From IMG/VR virus record IMGVR_UViG_3300020049_007105, positions 1 through 64,000 of that record: a DNA stretch of 64,000 nucleotides; one strand, written 5' to 3'. The stretch is from a virus (taxonomy: Duplodnaviria > Caudoviricetes). How positions within the stretch are numbered: the first letter of the stretch is position 1; the number at the start of each line of letters is the position of its first letter. The translations under genes and the position numbers were made by a program. Below are positions 59,680 through 64,000 of the stretch, piece by piece. Under the pieces are notes generated by a model, which searched no databases, had not been told where the DNA came from, and worked only from the letters and a program-made list of their open reading frames with translations.

Positions 59680-62672
59680 TGCGTAGCAATTACAAGGCCA
59701 ATGAGGCTCAGGGTAGGCAGGCTCTTACTGGTGACTGGGCACCCAACACTCGTGTCACGGTCCAGAAGGATTGGAAGCTTCACCCCACCGGTAAGAATTT
59801 TGGTTCCTCTAATATGGGGCCGTACAGGTGGTTTCAGAAAAAGGATAACTCTCAGAGCGAGCTTGATGTTCCCAACATTGCTTCGGTTAGCATTGATAGA
59901 AGTATTGAGGACTTCGCCGGTCAGTGCAACATTGAGATGTATAACAACAACATGCACTGGGGTGACTACCAGTACCTGCCGTTCCAGGTAGGTGAGCCGG
60001 GTTATTACACTTATGACCACGGTAACTCTGCTCACGGTGAGAATCAGTGGGAGCACGTCAGGAACGCTTGGTTTGATGTTCTGACGCCCAATGCTTTGCT
60101 GAGAACTTACCAGGGCTATGGCGGCTTGGAGAAGTCTACGGCTCAAGCTGTGACGGACGGTGATCTTCAGATCACTGGAGTGTGGTTGATTGATTCTGTG
60201 AGTATCACCGCTCAGGGCATGATTTCTATTAAGTGTCGTGATATCGGGAAGCTGCTAATTGAACAGAAGTGTTTGCCCCCGCTGGTGTCGGCCAGCAATT
60301 ACCCTTTGAAATTCTACAGGTATAAGTATGATGCTGTGGACACAAGTTTCAGAAACACTGGACCCGAACTTTATGCTATCAACAGCCAAGAGAAGTTGCA
60401 GTTCAGGGACTCGACCTCATACAGGTGGGGGATGACCCCAAATACTAGCAGTTCGGGGTCTCGGATCGAAGGCCACTGGGACTCCCATTCCATTGATGGA
60501 AGCGTGGAGAGGTTTGCTATGTCCAGGGGTGTGGACAACCCCAACTCTTCTTGGGCCTATGATTTTTGGGAGTACACTGCCCTTGGTGTTCCCGACATCA
60601 ACCAGGTGTACGTTGACCTCTGGGGAGGGGGTTATGAGGTTTACATTTCAATCTATGAGGGCTCGGGTTGGGCTGGAAACTACAGCAAGAAGATTCCTTA
60701 CAGCAACGCCGGGAACCCGGAGTCCGGTTCCGTCAACACTGGCGCTGACATCCCTTATGTGAAGAAGGTGGCCCTCAACTGGGAGGGTGGTGAATGGATT
60801 ACTCTTCCTCGTTACTATAAGGCTCATAGGGTGCGTGTCACTCTGGGTAAGCCGAAGAAGGATAATGCCCTCAGTGTCCGCAAGTATCGCTCGGGGCTTC
60901 GTCAGGTCAAGGCCAGGGCTAGCAGGCTGGCCATGGAGCCGAACCCCATCCCGTGGCAGGTGGACTTGGCTTACAATCCCGTTCAGTCAGGTTTTTGGGC
61001 CTTGAATCACCGTGGTGGGGTTGTGGCTTTGGGTCACGCTAGAACATACTCTGCAAGCACCAAGGCTATGAACTTGGGTCACCGTGCTGTTGCCATCTGT
61101 TCAACCAGCACAGGTAAGGGCTACTGGGTTCTGTATGGTAACGGCCAGATCAGTTCTCACGGTGACGCTGTTCACCATGGGAACGCTTGGTCTGATGATG
61201 ACGGCGGGTATATGGACTTCGCAAGAACCCCTGACAATGGGGGGCTGTGGGTGCTTCACGGTTCGGGCACTGTCCATGAGCTGGGTAACGCTCCTGACCT
61301 TGGTGATATCTCCTCTAGCCAGCCTTCGGGCAGGAAGGGCACTGCCATCACCGGACACCCCTCTGTGGTCGGTTTCTGGGCCTGTGACGGGGCGGGATAC
61401 GTTACCGCTAGGGGTAGCGGCGTACCGAATTACGGAGGCTTAGACGGCAGCCTAGTGCCCTTAGAATGGGTTGTGGACATTGAGTCGAACCCTGACGGTA
61501 CCGAATACCTTCTCACGGGTGGAGTCGGGTCGAGGGCGTTCAATGCTGGCGGCTCAACCTATTTCCCTAACAATGCCGCCATGTTCACTAACTTCACTCA
61601 GGACCAGAACGGTTTCAAGTCTTTGACCTGGGGGGCGGCATATGATGTTGAGCAGCCCGGTGGTTTTTGGGTGATCCATGCTGATGGAGAGATGGACGCT
61701 TTTAACGGGGCGTCTTGGTATGGCACTCCAGGTGGCGAGGGTATCCGTAGGAGCGATGGAAACTACAGGGACTATTCTGATATCGTTAGATATTTAGTGG
61801 CTATTTCTGGTTTTACCCTTTATGAACCCAGCTACCCTTCCAATAAAAAGGTTCCTATTTTCGGTAATATTGAAAACACGGGCGCTCATGGTGGTGGGGC
61901 TGACCTCGGGGAAGAGTTTTTCGATAAGAAGTCAATTATTGACATCATTAACGAGATCAAAGAGATCGTTGGTTTTGTTACCTACATTGATGAGGCCGGT
62001 GGTTTTCACTTTGAGTCACCCAACTGGTGGGAGTCGGGGAACTTCTCTGAGTCGGGGGCGGCCAATGAGTACATCCCTGTAATTCATGAGAGCACGAACC
62101 TCCTGGACAGGGAGATCACTTTCGATTCCCAGCACCTACGCTCAGAGATCATCATTGGTACGGAGTTTCCCTATAAGGACAATACTTCGACTATCACTAC
62201 TCGGGTTGTACCTCCGGGCTCAGAGTACCTAAGGGGGATGGTTAACCCAGCTATTTGGACTAACGGTCTGTTCATCAACGAGCGTGAGCAGCGCATCATG
62301 GCCGAACTGATTGCTCTCCATATCTGGTTTCAGCAAAAGGTTGGCACAGTTAGATTCCCAGCTAATCCCAATATTGGGATCAACGACCAGATCAGGTGTT
62401 TCGAGAAGTACACTGCCGACACTTACATTCATTATGTTCGAGGGTATTCATCAAAACACGATTTAGGTAGTGGAGAGTTTGTTTATGATGTAGAGACCAA
62501 CTGGCTCGGCAATGCTGAGAACTGGGTTGTTACATCTGGTAATATTTATAGTGGGAACCGTTTTCCTTTAAGTCAGTTAACACAAGATTATATTGGAAGT
62601 TTAACGAAACGTCCACGGACACCCACTTATCGTCCAAGTGGACGCAGCCAAATTATCACACCAGGAAGGTAA
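59679..62672 (+). CDS. baseplate hub/Tal-like tail protein with inserted beta-propeller
   Basis: Hub-like termini (TGVWLID...CRDIGK; YIDEAG; ANPNIGINDQI) with internal GxW repeats. Confidence 0.7.
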   Translation: MRSNYKANEAQGRQALTGDWAPNTRVTVQKDWKLHPTGKNFGSSNMGPYRWFQKKDNSQSELDVPNIASVSIDRSIEDFAGQCNIEMYNNNMHWGDYQYLPFQVGEPGYYTYDHGNSAHGENQWEHVRNAWFDVLTPNALLRTYQGYGGLEKSTAQAVTDGDLQITGVWLIDSVSITAQGMISIKCRDIGKLLIEQKCLPPLVSASNYPLKFYRYKYDAVDTSFRNTGPELYAINSQEKLQFRDSTSYRWGMTPNTSSSGSRIEGHWDSHSIDGSVERFAMSRGVDNPNSSWAYDFWEYTALGVPDINQVYVDLWGGGYEVYISIYEGSGWAGNYSKKIPYSNAGNPESGSVNTGADIPYVKKVALNWEGGEWITLPRYYKAHRVRVTLGKPKKDNALSVRKYRSGLRQVKARASRLAMEPNPIPWQVDLAYNPVQSGFWALNHRGGVVALGHARTYSASTKAMNLGHRAVAICSTSTGKGYWVLYGNGQISSHGDAVHHGNAWSDDDGGYMDFARTPDNGGLWVLHGSGTVHELGNAPDLGDISSSQPSGRKGTAITGHPSVVGFWACDGAGYVTARGSGVPNYGGLDGSLVPLEWVVDIESNPDGTEYLLTGGVGSRAFNAGGSTYFPNNAAMFTNFTQDQNGFKSLTWGAAYDVEQPGGFWVIHADGEMDAFNGASWYGTPGGEGIRRSDGNYRDYSDIVRYLVAISGFTLYEPSYPSNKKVPIFGNIENTGAHGGGADLGEEFFDKKSIIDIINEIKEIVGFVTYIDEAGGFHFESPNWWESGNFSESGAANEYIPVIHESTNLLDREITFDSQHLRSEIIIGTEFPYKDNTSTITTRVVPPGSEYLRGMVNPAIWTNGLFINEREQRIMAELIALHIWFQQKVGTVRFPANPNIGINDQIRCFEKYTADTYIHYVRGYSSKHDLGSGEFVYDVETNWLGNAENWVVTSGNIYSGNRFPLSQLTQDYIGSLTKRPRTPTYRPSGRSQIITPGR

Positions 62673-62674
62673 AT

Positions 62675-63127
62675 ATGGTTGACGCAGTTAAGATGGGGAA
62701 TCAGATTCGTAGGGATCGTCGCCGTCAGGATCAGTCTGCTTCGGATCAGGCCAGTGTTGTTGTTGATAACTATACTGTCTATGGTTCTTTTGTTGTTCAG
62801 GGTCATGGGGAAGCTGTGGTTGATATCACTTTCCCTAACCTGTTTATTAAAAAGCCCATGTTTTTTTCTGGGGCTGAGATTAGCCCTGAAACCAACCTGA
62901 CTGATGGGAACTTTCCTGAGTTCAGTGTGGCATTGTTTTCTTGGAAGATTGACGAGAGGAGTTCCAGCCAGAGGTATTGGACTGGGGCGAGGGTTGCAGC
63001 GAGACTTCTGTTTGATGATCCAAGTTCTGTAACGCACGCTAAGTTTGAGATTAATTGGCAGGTCGTTGGGAAGGCTTTAGCTAACCCTGTGTCTGGCTTA
63101 AGTATGGGAACTGGAGCTATTATCTAA
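62675..63127 (+). CDS. minor tail protein
   Basis: I.FP..F..KP pattern; synteny. Confidence 0.5.
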   Translation: MVDAVKMGNQIRRDRRRQDQSASDQASVVVDNYTVYGSFVVQGHGEAVVDITFPNLFIKKPMFFSGAEISPETNLTDGNFPEFSVALFSWKIDERSSSQRYWTGARVAARLLFDDPSSVTHAKFEINWQVVGKALANPVSGLSMGTGAII

Positions 63128-64000
63128 TGAAGAGTATCGTATTACCTAATGAGACTGTTCAAGCAACTGCGCTAGCTATCCCCGAGAAGGAACCCAAGGA
63201 GCCTGTGGGGTACCTACATACTGGTTTCCAGGGAAGCACAGACTATTTTGAAGTCCCTGATGGAGTCCAAGGACGAATTAGTTTCCCTGAATCAGCACTT
63301 TATAATGGAATGGAGAGAGTTGAGCCGGGATACCTCAAGGTCCCGGTAGATGGTCTTTACTCATTAACTGGCACTTTAAATATTATGAGTAAATATTCCA
63401 GCTCAGCGTCGGTAAACTTCGGAGCATATTACGAATTATCCTGTTCGCTGTATGGTGATTATTCGAGTGATCCACTTGGTACAAAAATGACGATATCAGC
63501 GGCTAATAGAGAAGAGTCGGGCTTTAAAGTAATTTCTGGTAACATAGTTAAAAACTATAGGAATAGTAGTAATAATACTACTGTCAGGTATAGTCTCTCG
63601 GGCACAGTGGATGACGTTGGAGGGCTTTATGAAAATTTCAGCGAAACACCTTTTTCTTGTTTCGTGACGGTTAATGGATCGCGAGTGGGACCGATGGTCT
63701 ATTTCCGAGAATCCTTAACCCCTGGTGGGGATCGGGTCTTTTCTGTTTCAGGTTCTGCTCGGTCCCTATCCATTAGACCAGATGATGAAATAGCACTTAA
63801 GGTATTGGACTACAGTGTTGGTGGTCGGTTCCTTATTTCTTCTAGTAACGATCCGGTCCAAATTGAGGTGAGCCCTCACTATAAGCACCGTATGGCTTTT
63901 TCTGTAGGGTTAACTCTCATGGGGTCTTTTGGTTGGAATCCACTTAAGGCTTCTGCCTATCAGCCAGTTTTTGATGGAAACATCAATCTTTCTTCTGTTT
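63127..64000 (+). CDS. partial tail fibre/receptor-binding protein (runs off the window)
   Basis: TAATG coupling; open frame MKSIVLPNE...LKVPVDGLYSLTG; visibly lower GC. Confidence 0.5.
   Translation, partial: MKSIVLPNETVQATALAIPEKEPKEPVGYLHTGFQGSTDYFEVPDGVQGRISFPESALYNGMERVEPGYLKVPVDGLYSLTGTLNIMSKYSSSASVNFGAYYELSCSLYGDYSSDPLGTKMTISAANREESGFKVISGNIVKNYRNSSNNTTVRYSLSGTVDDVGGLYENFSETPFSCFVTVNGSRVGPMVYFRESLTPGGDRVFSVSGSARSLSIRPDDEIALKVLDYSVGGRFLISSSNDPVQIEVSPHYKHRMAFSVGLTLMGSFGWNPLKASAYQPVFDGNINLSSV

Noticed and set aside
1-64000. tRNAs, CRISPR arrays, DGR/reverse transcriptase, integrase, recoded stop codons
   Set aside because: No cloverleaf, repeat-spacer array, RT or integrase motifs seen by eye; genes are intact under the standard code.

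Overview
This window is part of a large, long-tailed (siphovirus-type) dsDNA phage genome of roughly 52% GC. The host is probably actinobacterial, and several clues point to Acidimicrobiia. Two gene arms diverge from a non-coding locus at ~28.3-29.3 kb. The left (minus-strand) arm carries many small early/accessory genes plus nucleotide and RNA-repair enzymes: a class II RNR with a mini-intein, dUTPase, ThyX, dTMP kinase, two RNA ligases, nucleotidyltransferase-like proteins, a GH16 lipoprotein and a five-member paralog array. An endolysin sits in this arm on the opposite strand. The right (plus-strand) arm carries the holin, terminase (with a mini-intein), portal, protease/scaffold and capsid genes, an inserted block with a phage DnaE, neck genes, Ig-like (IPT/TIG) proteins, major tail, a frameshifted tail chaperone, a 2231-aa tape measure and tail-tip genes. 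The standout feature is an ~835-bp two-fold symmetric non-coding element at the strand switch (28406-29240). It consists of two diverged copies, one per strand, of a module with covarying GNA-triloop hairpins, CRP-like boxes and AT-rich blocks, and is best explained as a bipartite, structure-encoded bidirectional origin. Other notable signals are a CGATAT promoter-like motif before most late operons, anti-Shine-Dalgarno elements in the 3' UTRs of the two major virion genes, a ~2.1-kb high-GC segment spliced in-frame into two genes, a hidden HTH gene that overlaps the lysin terminator, and a truncated Pnk coupled to dnaE. All calls come from motif recognition by eye; no searches were run.
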